Assembly (NCBI GenBank): GCA_964362175.1
Contig: CAYIDD010000005.1
Coordinates: 44 to 64,043 of the forward strand
Origin: an uncultured Candidatus Saccharibacteria bacterium
GTDB taxonomy: Bacteria > Patescibacteriota > Minisyncoccia > Phycocordibacterales > UBA2100
DNA: 64,000 nucleotides
Direction: 5' to 3'
A model generated the notes under the pieces. That model searched no databases and was not told where the DNA came from. It saw only the letters and a list, made by a program, of their open reading frames with translations. A program made the translations under genes and the position numbers. This document shows, one piece after another, positions 1 through 9,000 of this stretch. Positions within the stretch are counted from its first letter, which is position 1, and each line of letters starts with the position of its first letter.

Positions 1-596
1 GTTGTGCCGCCCGCGCGGCGGAGGTCCTGCGCGCGGGCGGCGTGGTGCTGTATCCGACCGATACGCTCTACGGACTCGGCGTGGATGCGTTTTCGGATGC
101 TGCTGTTGCAAAGGTCTACGCAATAAAGGGTCGTGAGGAGGGGAAGCCGATACATGCGATCGTTTCTGATCTTGAAATGGCAGGGAAGTATGGAGACGTT
201 ACAAACGACGCGACGCGTTTGGTTGCGCAACTTCCGAAGGGCTTGTTGACGCTGATAGTAAAAAAGAAAGATGTTCAAAGCGGTATAGCAAAAGACATCG
301 AAACGTTCGGATTCCGCATTCCCGGCAATGATCTCTGCAGAGAGCTGGTACGGGCATTCGGGGGCCCCGTCACTGCCACGAGCGCAAATAAAAGTGGGGA
401 AGTGCCGGAGCGGTCTGTCGAAAAAATCCTTGAGCAGCTTGGAGGGGGTGCGAAGTATGTCGACCTCGTGATGGACGCGGGGGAGTTACCCCGGCGGGAA
501 CCCTCTTCGGTCGTTGACCTCTGCAGCCCTGAACCCGCTGTCCTGCGCGAGGCGGCCGTTTCGGCGCAGGAAATAAGGTCTATTTTGGGTCATTGA
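1..596 (+). CDS. tsaC: L-threonylcarbamoyladenylate synthase (TsaC/YrdC/Sua5 family), 5' end cut by window edge
   Basis: Reading frame is open from nt 3. Translation ...AAEVLRAGGVVLYPTDTLYGLGVDAF... and ...VTATSANKSGE... match YrdC-fold motifs. Stop at 594-596. Confidence 0.8.
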   Translation, partial: CAARAAEVLRAGGVVLYPTDTLYGLGVDAFSDAAVAKVYAIKGREEGKPIHAIVSDLEMAGKYGDVTNDATRLVAQLPKGLLTLIVKKKDVQSGIAKDIETFGFRIPGNDLCRELVRAFGGPVTATSANKSGEVPERSVEKILEQLGGGAKYVDLVMDAGELPRREPSSVVDLCSPEPAVLREAAVSAQEIRSILGH

Positions 597-652
597 CTCT
601 GGCGGACTCTGCTCTACACTGGCCTTATATCAATAATGTTTTTCGCGTGCGT

Positions 653-1195
653 ATGAATATGAACGACAGGACCAATCAGGTTATCGGGGGCGTCATAGTT
701 ATTATCCTTATTATCGGAGCATGGTACGTAGGTCAAAAGCAGTTGATTCCCGTTGGGGGAGAGAACACCACCCCCGCGGATTCCGTAGGAGCGGACACGT
801 CGTCAGACTCCGATGTGTCCGATACGGTCATCAGCGATGAAAGTACGGGGACCGATAACACTGCGACAACACCATCGGTGCGGGCGAGCGGCGAATCAAT
901 CACGGTCGCGGACCAACCGGCTGGTATGCAGGTCAAGATCGCATCTGTCACACTTCCGGAGCTTGGATGGGTAGCGGTGCGCGACAACAATGGTCGTGTC
1001 TTGGGCGCCGGACGTTTTGATGCAGGTACAAACAACAATGTCGCCGTCGAACTTCTTCGCGGCACGGTCGCCGGAGAAAAATATCAGGTACTTCTCTACA
1101 TTGATGATGGGGACATGCAGTACGATCTCCACAAGGACTCACTCGTCATGAATGCTGACGCCTCGGTCGCAGGTACCATGTTCAGCGCGCAATAG
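653..1195 (+). CDS. hypothetical membrane-anchored protein, Ser/Thr/Asp-rich extracytoplasmic region
   Basis: ORF 593..1195. Likely start is MNMNDRTNQ at 653. Single N-terminal TM (VIGGVIVIILIIGAWYV) followed by a low-complexity acidic S/T-rich segment. Confidence 0.45.
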   Translation: MNMNDRTNQVIGGVIVIILIIGAWYVGQKQLIPVGGENTTPADSVGADTSSDSDVSDTVISDESTGTDNTATTPSVRASGESITVADQPAGMQVKIASVTLPELGWVAVRDNNGRVLGAGRFDAGTNNNVAVELLRGTVAGEKYQVLLYIDDGDMQYDLHKDSLVMNADASVAGTMFSAQ

Positions 1196-1841
1196 TCCTC
1201 TTCTCCTCATCGGCGACGCGCCAAAGGTACCACGATGCAGTGGAGGCATGAGCCCGCCAATCTTTGGCGAGCTCTTCCATCGTAGCGTGATCGGGAAGGT
1301 CTTTAAGTCCGTAGGTGATCTGAAAGCCCTTCCGGATACCGAGGTCTCCGGTCGGGAGCACATCGGGTCGGTTGAGTGTGAAGATCAGGAACATGTGCAC
1401 GGTCCATACGCCGATCCCTTTGACCTGTACGAGGTGCTCAAGTATTTCGGCACTCGTCATCTTGTGCAGCTGCTTGTGTCGAATGGTCCCGTCCATGAAT
1501 TTTCTGGCGAGGTCCTTTATGTACGAGGCTTTCTGCGCTGAGAGGCCGGCGCTGCGCATTCTCTCGACCGGCGTGTTGCGTACCGCATCGGGATCGGGGA
1601 ATTTTTTAGACGGGAACGATGCGACAAACCGCTTGTAGATCGTCGCTGCGGCAGCACCGGAGACTTGTTGGTGGATGATAGAGCGTACGAGCGCTCGAAA
1701 GGGATCACGTCCCCGCTTTAGATCGGGGGGTCCGTATTTCCGAATGAGCGATGCAAAGCGCTTATCTGTCCTCAGGGCAGCAACAGACGCTGATATCGGT
1801 GGTATTCGCATAGGTGGTTCATCATATAAAGACAGGCCCAT
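1182..1841 (-). CDS. DNA-3-methyladenine glycosylase II-like (HhH-GPD superfamily, AlkA-like)
   Basis: 219 aa. HhH motif [18 protein letters not shown] followed by Asp-containing [10 protein letters not shown], typical of AlkA/HhH-GPD glycosylases. Confidence 0.7.
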   Translation of the reverse strand: MGLSLYDEPPMRIPPISASVAALRTDKRFASLIRKYGPPDLKRGRDPFRALVRSIIHQQVSGAAAATIYKRFVASFPSKKFPDPDAVRNTPVERMRSAGLSAQKASYIKDLARKFMDGTIRHKQLHKMTSAEILEHLVQVKGIGVWTVHMFLIFTLNRPDVLPTGDLGIRKGFQITYGLKDLPDHATMEELAKDWRAHASTASWYLWRVADEEKRTIAR

Positions 1842-1859
1842 TTACGCTACAATGACCCC

Positions 1860-2402
1860 ATGCAGGAAGGGATCCGAAAATTGCTGATACAACTCGGCGA
1901 AAACCCCGAACGAAATGGGCTCAGAGAAACCCCCCGCAGAGTCGAGGAGTCGTTGCAGTTCCTGACCCAGGGATACAGGACGAATATAGATGAGGTCATC
2001 GACGGGGCTATCTTTGAGGAGGATCATAACGAGATGGTGCTCGTGAAAGATATTGAAGTGTATAGTTTGTGCGAACATCACCTGCTTCCGTTCGTCGGTA
2101 AGGCGCATGTAGGGTACATCCCGAACGGCCGCGTTATCGGACTTTCAAAGATCGCTCGCGTCGTGGATATGTTCGCGCGGCGATTACAGTTGCAGGAGCG
2201 TCTTACGCGGGAGATCGCCGACGCTTTGGAGGAGAGCTTGAAACCAAGGGGGGTTGCGGTCATCATTGAGGCCGAGCATTTTTGCATGATGATGCGGGGT
2301 GTACAAAAACAAAATAGTAAGACGATAACATCAGCCATGCGCGGATCGTTTCTCAAAGACCAGAGATCGCGTGAAGAATTTTTGCATCTTGCAACTGCCT
2401 GA
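1860..2402 (+). CDS. folE: GTP cyclohydrolase I
   Basis: 180 aa. [10 protein letters not shown] and [19 protein letters not shown] motifs characteristic of FolE. Confidence 0.9.
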   Translation: MQEGIRKLLIQLGENPERNGLRETPRRVEESLQFLTQGYRTNIDEVIDGAIFEEDHNEMVLVKDIEVYSLCEHHLLPFVGKAHVGYIPNGRVIGLSKIARVVDMFARRLQLQERLTREIADALEESLKPRGVAVIIEAEHFCMMMRGVQKQNSKTITSAMRGSFLKDQRSREEFLHLATA

Positions 2403-2428
2403 GGGATCGTTCGGGGATATTTCTTTTT

Positions 2429-2444
2429 GTGACCCTACCGGGAA
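2429..2444. repeat. 16-bp direct repeat (gtgaccctaccgggaa), identical to the 3' end of tRNA-Glu at 7688-7703; putative distal att site of integrated element 1
   Basis: Exact 16-mer match. Lies 27 bp downstream of the folE stop, at the transition into lower-GC DNA. Confidence 0.5.
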
Positions 2445-2987
2445 GCTTCGCGCATCGGTCACGGATAATTTTGCTCCGCAAAATTTCTGCGACCCCGACT
2501 CAGCGACCCTGAGGGTACCCCGCCTCCGTCTTTCGATTCCCGATCGGGACCCTGTAACACCTAAAAACCCGACGACATGCGTCGGGCCTTAAGGTGTTAT
2601 GAGGCCAGTGTACTTGGAATGGAACACCTTGGAAACTATGGTTATTCGATGGAAAGAGGTGTTCGCAACGATGCCCACTGGTTATCTTACCCCCTCCCTT
2701 GAGGCAGCGGTATGAGGACTTTAGGCCCAGGACTCCCGTTTAATATCTACCTTATAGGTAATAGAACGCAGAGATTACCCTCGATCCCGTCGCTAGGTAA
2801 ACTCGCAAAACTCGACTGTCAGAAAATGAAAAAACCCTACTAGGGAAACACTCCAGAAACTCAAGAGGACCCCATGGCGATTTTAGTCATATATAGAGGC
2901 ATAATTTATGCCATATGCAAAAAATAATCCCGAATAAACGGAGTGTTTTCCGAGTAAAAAACCCAGAGTTTTCTTACACAAAAACCC

Positions 2988-3665
2988 CTAGTTTTGCGAG
3001 TCATTTAGGAGCGTCATTTTGGGCACCTCTATGCCATTCCAAGCGATCCTCAGCGGCACCTCGGTAACCTGCCCGCTTTCCTGATAGAGCTTCACCAGGA
3101 GCACCGACTCGCCCAGTGCTCCTCTAGAAAAAGCAGGTACATCATTCCCCGCAGCGACCGCCAGCAAGACGGAGCGATCCCCGACCATTTCTCGGTCAAG
3201 CATGTGGTTGAAAATATCGAGATAAACAGTTTGGTTGGGATAAATGTCTCGAACAGTCAGACCGTCTTTATTCAGTTGTCCGTGCGTCCAGATAAGAGGC
3301 ATCGGAAAGAAATCGGTGCGTATTTCTCCGCTGTCGGTAATTTTCTCGATGTACGCCTCCACAGCTTTTGCCTTGAACTTACCGCTGTTCTTGATGATGA
3401 CTCTCCCAACATCGAGAAGCGCCATCGGCTCAGAGTCGCCAATCGCTTCGGCATCTCCTTGATTAGTCACTATTGCACCTTCGACCACGATCTTGCTTTT
3501 TTGTGGGCGACGCCTCCACCATTCACTTAGCGGCGGAGACAAAATACCAAGCACGAGAGCAAGAACGATTGCCCAAAATTCTGGAGTGAGATAGAAAGGC
3601 GTCGAGAAATGGGCGGCTGTCTTTTGGAGTGCATCTATCGCTGACTCAAGTTGGTTTGGCTGCAT
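2988..3665 (-). CDS. hypothetical protein with N-terminal transmembrane anchor (element 1)
   Basis: 225 aa ORF. TM segment EFWAIVLALVLGILSPPL. No recognisable catalytic motifs. Confidence 0.5.
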   Translation of the reverse strand: MQPNQLESAIDALQKTAAHFSTPFYLTPEFWAIVLALVLGILSPPLSEWWRRRPQKSKIVVEGAIVTNQGDAEAIGDSEPMALLDVGRVIIKNSGKFKAKAVEAYIEKITDSGEIRTDFFPMPLIWTHGQLNKDGLTVRDIYPNQTVYLDIFNHMLDREMVGDRSVLLAVAAGNDVPAFSRGALGESVLLVKLYQESGQVTEVPLRIAWNGIEVPKMTLLNDSQN

Positions 3666-3693
3666 GCAGTAATTCTACCGCAGCTGAGCAGAT

Positions 3694-3861
3694 TAGCTTT
3701 TGTGGTTAGAAGCCAAGTACGAATAAACAATTGGGGCCAAGATGGGAGCCACAAGGCCCGCGAAGAAAGCTACGACTCTGTTAGCTCCTATTTTCTTTGC
3801 AGAGTACAGGCAGATCGGTATGGATATTCCCCACAGTATCAGCAAGACAATCGTTTCCATA
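3694..3861 (-). CDS. small membrane protein (56 aa), hand-translated, not in ORF track (element 1)
   Basis: ATG at complement 3859-3861 gives METIVLLILWGISIPICLYSAKKIGANRVVAFFAGLVAPILAPIVYSYLASNHKS*. Two hydrophobic helices. Start lies 3 nt after the stop of the upstream gene, suggesting an operon. Confidence 0.35.
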
Positions 3862-3863
3862 TT

Positions 3864-4760
3864 TTATTGAGCAGTCACTGTCACACTCTTACTAAATCCG
3901 TTAGCAGAAAAAGTAATCGTGTGTTGGCCACTGGTTTTGAACTCGTACAGAAATGGGTAATATGACACCGTTTCAGGAACACCGTCCTTATAAATCTTTG
4001 TTACAGCGCCTATGCCCGTCTGGTCGGTTCCCGTTCCCTTTATGAACCTTCGGCAGCTGAAGCAGTCAGGATTAGGTGGATCGGTTGCCTCAATCGTTAC
4101 GTCATACTTAATAACGGCATCCCCGTTATCATTACGTGCAATAAGACCAAGAACAATAGAATTACTATCATCGGGAGTGGCACTGCCTTGGGCTAGTGTT
4201 CCGTCGGGATTTATTTGGTAGTTGTTTGCCTTGTATTGCCGCCCCAGACCCTTACCAGGAGTCGGGCTGAATATTTCAATATTCGCTTTCGATATAGGTA
4301 CGGGCGCAGGCGTCGGCTGTGGTGTTGTGGGAACTGTGGGTGTTGGTTGCGGTGCTGGATTAAGCACGGGCGCGGGAGTCGGTGCAGGATTGGCAGGTTG
4401 AGTTACCACTGGCGGAACTGTCGGCGGCGTAAGCTGTTCCTCCTTGACGGACTCCGCGAGATCCACCGAAAGTACGGCATTAGCTCGAGTGCGCGTCAGA
4501 GGTCCAAAGAAACCTGATACTGGAGTAATATTTTCTCGCGCTTGAAATACTTTTACCGCCTTCAGAGTGAGCGTATAAAAATTTCCTGTTATGGGTCCCG
4601 AATACACCCCTTGATCGGTTAGGAACTCTTGGAGCTCACGTACTTCATCGCCTTTGCTCCCGTACTTTAAATTAGTATCGAAAGAAGCAAAGACAAACTG
4701 CGGGACCAAAACCAGCACGATAGCGAGGAGTTTATAGATATTTTTCATAGCAACCAGCAT
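3864..4760 (-). CDS. secreted protein with peptidoglycan-binding-like domain and Pro/Thr-rich linker (element 1)
   Basis: 298 aa. Signal peptide MKNIYKLLAIVLVLVPQFVFA. YGSKGDEVRELQEFLTDQGVYSGPITGNFYTLTLKAVKVFQ resembles the PG_binding_1 fold. PAPTPAP linker, then a beta-rich C-terminal domain. Confidence 0.6.
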   Translation of the reverse strand: MLVAMKNIYKLLAIVLVLVPQFVFASFDTNLKYGSKGDEVRELQEFLTDQGVYSGPITGNFYTLTLKAVKVFQARENITPVSGFFGPLTRTRANAVLSVDLAESVKEEQLTPPTVPPVVTQPANPAPTPAPVLNPAPQPTPTVPTTPQPTPAPVPISKANIEIFSPTPGKGLGRQYKANNYQINPDGTLAQGSATPDDSNSIVLGLIARNDNGDAVIKYDVTIEATDPPNPDCFSCRRFIKGTGTDQTGIGAVTKIYKDGVPETVSYYPFLYEFKTSGQHTITFSANGFSKSVTVTAQ

Positions 4761-4778
4761 GAGCTTGTAATGCTGGCG

Positions 4779-4943
4779 CTAAACACTAAGCCCCGCGCCA
4801 GCTAGGCCTTGCGGCCCCACACCCGTTTCCAGGTATGGCCCATCGCTGAGTTGCTGAACACGGGGTTCAGTATCAGCGATGGGACTTGTCGACCTTGCCA
4901 CAGCGAAGCTGCGGGTTAGGCCCTTTTATTGGGTATGTGTAAC
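4779..4943. repeat. structured repeat element, copy A (homolog at 38208-38397)
   Basis: About 70% identical to copy B. Contains a perfect 11-bp stem (cccatcgctga 4850-4860 / tcagcgatggg 4884-4894). The sequence of this stem differs entirely from the 10-bp stem at the same position in copy B. Inner ctgaac/gttcag stem. Upstream ccccgcg is complementary to the loop. Confidence 0.6.
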
Positions 4944-4994
4944 TCGATGCTAACATAGCGAGCCGCGGGTATAAAGGATAAAATCAGCTCACGT

Positions 4995-5687
4995 ATGATC
5001 GACCAGCTACTAGCACAAAGAGCCGTTTTAGAGGCCCTTGAGGCCAAAATCACGGCCTTGGGCGGCGCTGACAGGCATGTTGGCGATACTACGCTCGAAC
5101 TGTACTTTTGGGACGATTTGGCGGAAAAACATCAAAAACTTTTTAGATCAGCCACACTCGAGGACATCGCCTCGGCAATTACTATCGTTGAGAAAGAGTC
5201 AGCGGGGCGCTTTAAACTTGTATCTATTAAGCCATCTACCGCCACTCGCGACGTATTGAGAGTCGGTATAATGCAAGAAAGTGGCAGACCTATTTTGGAC
5301 GTCTCGAATTTATATTGGGAAGTCCGATACACAGAAAAACTACCCGCGGGAGAAGCTCCCAGTGGTTCGCAAATCTTTTGGCTTACACCTAGGGAGCTAC
5401 ACTCGTTAATTTCAAATGAAAGGCGATCATTCGCGTTTCGGTCAGGCGGTGTTCAATTCCGATTATTGCAGTGGTTTTCCGAACACAAGGATTTAACTAA
5501 AAGCAAAGAGCTAGCGGAGGAGCTCAAGACCACAACACGAACAATTGCCACAGAGATCGGCAAGCTGAAACGTAAAGCTGACGAGGCATTTGGCCTCGAT
5601 GAGGATAATTTCGTCCAAAGCAGTTATGGCGAAGGTTACGGGCCTGGTATCGGAATAAAAATCAAATTGGAAAGAGGTACGTCGTAG
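4995..5687 (+). CDS. hypothetical protein, possible HTH DNA-binding regulator (element 1)
   Basis: 230 aa. C-terminal region SKELAEELKTTTRTIATEIGKLKRK looks helix-turn-helix-like. Upstream of the recombinase, divergent from the secreted-protein operon. Confidence 0.45.
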   Translation: MIDQLLAQRAVLEALEAKITALGGADRHVGDTTLELYFWDDLAEKHQKLFRSATLEDIASAITIVEKESAGRFKLVSIKPSTATRDVLRVGIMQESGRPILDVSNLYWEVRYTEKLPAGEAPSGSQIFWLTPRELHSLISNERRSFAFRSGGVQFRLLQWFSEHKDLTKSKELAEELKTTTRTIATEIGKLKRKADEAFGLDEDNFVQSSYGEGYGPGIGIKIKLERGTS

Positions 5688-5796
5688 CTACCGTTGATAA
5701 GACCATAGAGCGCGACTGAATTATTGGGCTCTTTTGAGGGCTTATCGTACATGCGCTGTATGTACGCTGTAGCACCCCTTTCGGCAGAATTATGAG

Positions 5797-5988
5797 GTGG
5801 AACAGAGCACCGATGACAAGCTGGCCGAGAGCGCAAGCTCAGAACTTTCTTTTGATGCCTTCAAAAAAGCGCTCGGGTCCGCTGCTCTAAAATACTCGGA
5901 TACGGAAATTGAGCGCATGCGGGCCGTCTGCGATAAGTTTGCGGATGCCTTCTTTGACGGTTGGCTTAAGCGACGAAACGAGCAATAA
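5797..5988 (+). CDS. small acidic hypothetical protein (63 aa) immediately upstream of recombinase 1
   Basis: ORF MEQSTDDKLAESASSEL...; helical and acidic. Position is consistent with a recombination accessory or directionality factor, but this is speculative. Confidence 0.3.
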   Translation: MEQSTDDKLAESASSELSFDAFKKALGSAALKYSDTEIERMRAVCDKFADAFFDGWLKRRNEQ

Positions 5989-6022
5989 TGGGCAGGAAGG
6001 GCTCGACGATTATTACAAAAAC

Positions 6023-7726
6023 ATGGAAAAAAGCACCGAGGGAGAGTATTGCATAATTCACTGTCGAGTGAGTTCAACCAAACAATCTCAGGAGGGTGAG
6101 AGCTTGGATGTGCAAGCGGGCATCTGCCGCGCCATTGCCGTTCAGAATAAATGGCCACTCGCTCATGAGCCGTGGGAAGAGAGCTTCTCAGGGCGTAAAA
6201 GTACTCGGCCAATCTTTGAAGAAGTGTTGGCATTTCTGGATGCACATCCAGGTAAAGTACGCCGCTACATTTTTCGCTCGATTGATCGCTTTACACGCGG
6301 CGGCTCATTCTCATACGAAACGATGAAGCGCGAGCTTACAAAGCGCGGGGTAGCGATGGTGGATAGCTATGGAGTAATTCAAGCTTCAAAAAACACTCTT
6401 GAGGATTTGGGGATTGAGTATGACTGGAGCAGGTACTCACCGAGTGAAATGACAGAGTCGCTTCTCGCGACGAATGCTAAACAGGAGGTTACTGGCATCC
6501 TTACCAGGATGATCGGGCAGTCAATCCGATTAACCAGGCAAGGGTATCGAGCGCGTCGAAGTACAGACGGGTTTAAGAATGAGCGGGTGTTCGTCGAGGG
6601 GAAAAAGAAGGTCATACAGGTTCCCGATAAGGAGCGGGCCCGCTTTTTTATTGCGATGTTTGAATTGCGAGCGCTGGGCCAACTTACAGACCCTGAGATA
6701 GTCGAGAGAGTGAATGCGATGGGATACCGTTCTCCGTATCAAAATAAGTACAATCACGAAAAGACCAAGATCGTCGGGCGGAGAGGCGGAGTTCCGCTGA
6801 CTGTAAAGCAACTCCAGCGCATCATGCGGAATACAATCTATGCTGGAGTCGCATGCGAAAAATGGACAAACTACAAACCAATCCATCAACAGTACGACGG
6901 TCTTGTTACGGTCGAGGTTTTCAATCGAGCCAATAGAGGAGAGTTCGCCATTATGACGGATGAGAGCGCAGAGCTCACAGTCGTTCGCGGCAAATCAAAG
7001 ACGGGCACGGAACGAGTAAGAAATAACCCGCTCTACCCCTTCAAGTTCATTCTGTGTCCTTTGTGCGAGAAACCCAAAACCATGCTTGGCAGCGCACCAC
7101 GCGGCAAGCTGGGTAAAACACATCCCACTTACCACTGCGCTCGTACACACAAGTATTTCGGTATTCCTAAAAAGGACTTTGAGGAGAGTGTGGCGAAGTA
7201 CATCAAGAGTTTGAAGTTCCAACCCGATTTGCTTAATGGCTTGGAGGCAACGTTCCTTAACAAGTATCGTAAACGTGAGAAAGAAATTGTCAGAGCATCA
7301 GGCCAAATACACTCGCACATAGGCGAGCTCGAGGCGCGTCAGGCCTCAAAACTTGAGGCGTTTGAAGCAACAAAGAGTCCCGTGCTCCGAGGAAAGCTGG
7401 AAAGAGAAATAGAAGATCTTGAGGTCCAGATCAAGCAGGCGGGTAAACAACGCCTGAAGATACAGATCACGCGAAATGATATTAAGGCCTTTATGCGAGA
7501 TGCGAAAGCGATAATGGAACACCCCGCTGAAATCCTCCTAAACCCAAAGGATATAAAGGTCCAACAGGAATTATTCGGGTTAGTTTTTGAGAAAATGCCG
7601 ACCTACTCGGAAATTGTTAATGGAACACCTAAATTGTCCTACGCCTTCGCGCTTTCTTCGACATTTACACCAGACAAAAACCAATTGGTGACCCTACCGG
7701 GAATCGAACCCGGATTAACGGCTTGA
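6023..7726 (+). CDS. large serine recombinase (resolvase N-terminal domain + recombinase domain + zinc ribbon + coiled coil)
   Basis: Start at MEKSTEGEYCIIHCRVSSTKQ, where the catalytic Ser lies in the RVSS context. Zinc ribbon CPLC...HCA. The last 38 nt read antisense through tRNA-Glu (tail VTLPGIEPGLTA). Confidence 0.85.
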   Translation: MEKSTEGEYCIIHCRVSSTKQSQEGESLDVQAGICRAIAVQNKWPLAHEPWEESFSGRKSTRPIFEEVLAFLDAHPGKVRRYIFRSIDRFTRGGSFSYETMKRELTKRGVAMVDSYGVIQASKNTLEDLGIEYDWSRYSPSEMTESLLATNAKQEVTGILTRMIGQSIRLTRQGYRARRSTDGFKNERVFVEGKKKVIQVPDKERARFFIAMFELRALGQLTDPEIVERVNAMGYRSPYQNKYNHEKTKIVGRRGGVPLTVKQLQRIMRNTIYAGVACEKWTNYKPIHQQYDGLVTVEVFNRANRGEFAIMTDESAELTVVRGKSKTGTERVRNNPLYPFKFILCPLCEKPKTMLGSAPRGKLGKTHPTYHCARTHKYFGIPKKDFEESVAKYIKSLKFQPDLLNGLEATFLNKYRKREKEIVRASGQIHSHIGELEARQASKLEAFEATKSPVLRGKLEREIEDLEVQIKQAGKQRLKIQITRNDIKAFMRDAKAIMEHPAEILLNPKDIKVQQELFGLVFEKMPTYSEIVNGTPKLSYAFALSSTFTPDKNQLVTLPGIEPGLTA

Positions 7727-7762
7727 AAAGCCGGCGTCCTAACCATTAGACGATAGGGCCAC
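7689..7762 (-). tRNA. tRNA-Glu (anticodon TTC)
   Basis: Hand-folded. Acceptor gtggccc/gggtcac. Anticodon loop ttTTCaa. T-arm ccggg-ttcgatt-cccgg. One c-t mismatch in the anticodon stem. Confidence 0.65.
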
Positions 7763-7823
7763 AAACAGCGCCATTTTAGCGCATTTTCTGTCCTATACAA
7801 AATGTGATACTGTTGTCGGGTTT

Positions 7824-7908
7824 GGAGGCGTCGGATAGTGGTTTATTCCAGCGGTTTCGAAAACCGCCATGCCGAAAGGCATCGTGAGTTCGAATCTCAC
7901 CGCCTCCG
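7824..7908 (+). tRNA. tRNA-Ser (anticodon CGA), class II with long variable arm
   Basis: Acceptor ggaggcg/cgcctcc. Anticodon stem gcggt/accgc with loop ttCGAaa. Variable arm catgccgaaaggcatcg. T-arm gtgag-ttcgaat-ctcac. Confidence 0.8.
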
Positions 7909-7911
7909 CAT

Positions 7912-8919
7912 ATGGCGTTGCATAGCACCACAGGTTTTAAACCCGTCGCCGCGGCCTTGATCGGTAACACGCTTGTCACCATCGTTAAGTTTTCTGCGGC
8001 AATGGTCTCCGGTTCCAGCTCGATGTTCTCCGAAGCGGTGCATAGTTTCGCCGACACACTCAACCAGCTTCTGCTCCTGATCGGGTTGCGCCGCTCGCTC
8101 AGGAAGGCGGATGACGATTTTGAGTATGGCTACGGCAATGAACTTTCGTTTTGGGCGCTTATTTCCGCGTGCGGGATATTTTTTGTCGGCGCAGGTGTCA
8201 CGGCATATAACGGCATTACCTCATTCCTCGATCCGCACCACATAGAGATATCGCCGCTGGTATTCGGGGTTCTTCTTTTGGCTCTCGTGATCGAGTCTTA
8301 CACACTCTGGGTCGCCGCCACGCAATTGATAACATCATTCCCCCGCTCGAAGTGGGGGAAACGGCTGGCACAGGCCGATCCCTCGACGCTTGCCGTTTTT
8401 CTCGAGGACGCGGTGGCGGTAATCGGCGTACTCGTCGCGATCGTGAGCATTTCGGTCTCGTATTACACGGGAAATTCTGCGTGGGACGCTGCGGGCTCGG
8501 TCGTTATTGCGTCCCTTCTCGCTGCGGTCGCTGTTGTCCTTATCGTCAAAAACCGCTCGTATCTTCTCGGCCGCTCGATACCCGAAGGGCTGCAGGAAGA
8601 ATTGATCGACCTTCTTCAGAGTGAGCCGGCGATAGAAAAAGTCCTCGATTTCAAATCGGTCGTGCTGGGGTTCGGCATCTACCGCATCAAATGCGACGTG
8701 GAATTTAACGGTGCGGCGCTTTTTGGAGAGGCGTATCAGCAATCGTCACTTCGCGACCAGTATGAAGAAGTGCGCGACGACTATGAATCCTTCAAAAGAT
8801 TTTGTGCGGACTACGCCGACCGCATTCCGCGCTTGATGGGTAAGAAGATAGACGAGATAGAAGCGCGGATAAAAAAGCTGCACCCGGGTATCAAACACAT
8901 AGATATAGAGATCAATTGA
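7912..8919 (+). CDS. cation diffusion facilitator (CDF) family metal efflux transporter
   Basis: 335 aa. HSFADTLNQ motif. Six predicted TM helices plus a C-terminal cytoplasmic domain. Starts 4 nt after tRNA-Ser. Confidence 0.8.
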   Translation: MALHSTTGFKPVAAALIGNTLVTIVKFSAAMVSGSSSMFSEAVHSFADTLNQLLLLIGLRRSLRKADDDFEYGYGNELSFWALISACGIFFVGAGVTAYNGITSFLDPHHIEISPLVFGVLLLALVIESYTLWVAATQLITSFPRSKWGKRLAQADPSTLAVFLEDAVAVIGVLVAIVSISVSYYTGNSAWDAAGSVVIASLLAAVAVVLIVKNRSYLLGRSIPEGLQEELIDLLQSEPAIEKVLDFKSVVLGFGIYRIKCDVEFNGAALFGEAYQQSSLRDQYEEVRDDYESFKRFCADYADRIPRLMGKKIDEIEARIKKLHPGIKHIDIEIN

Positions 8920-9000
8920 TCGATCCCGAAGGCGCCATCTTCGGCATGATGCGAGGCGACCCGAACGCAAAGTAACGAAGGACTGCTGTAGAATACGGGG

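Larger units (their letters stand above)
2429..7703. mobile_element. putative integrated element 1 (~5.3 kb) at tRNA-Glu, encoding a large serine recombinase
   Basis: Bounded by the 16-bp direct repeat of the tRNA-Glu 3' end. Lower GC than flanks. Large serine recombinase gene abuts and reads antisense into tRNA-Glu. Carries copy A of a structured repeat also present in element 2. Confidence 0.5.

Noticed and set aside
2429-2444. Whether the 16-bp repeat of the tRNA-Glu 3' end is a chance match
   Set aside because: Not rejected outright. Roughly 0.5 random 16-mer pairs are expected in 64 kb. It is kept as a feature because it coincides exactly with the tRNA 3' terminus, a recombinase gene, a GC drop and the end of folE. 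It should be verified by comparative genomics.
5909-6022. N-terminal 38-codon extension of recombinase 1 in the ORF track
   Set aside because: The resolvase catalytic domain begins right after the internal Met at 6023 (MEKSTEGEYCIIHCRVSS...), paralleling recombinase 2 (MKAIIYTRVSS). The extension also overlaps the small upstream ORF 5797-5988.
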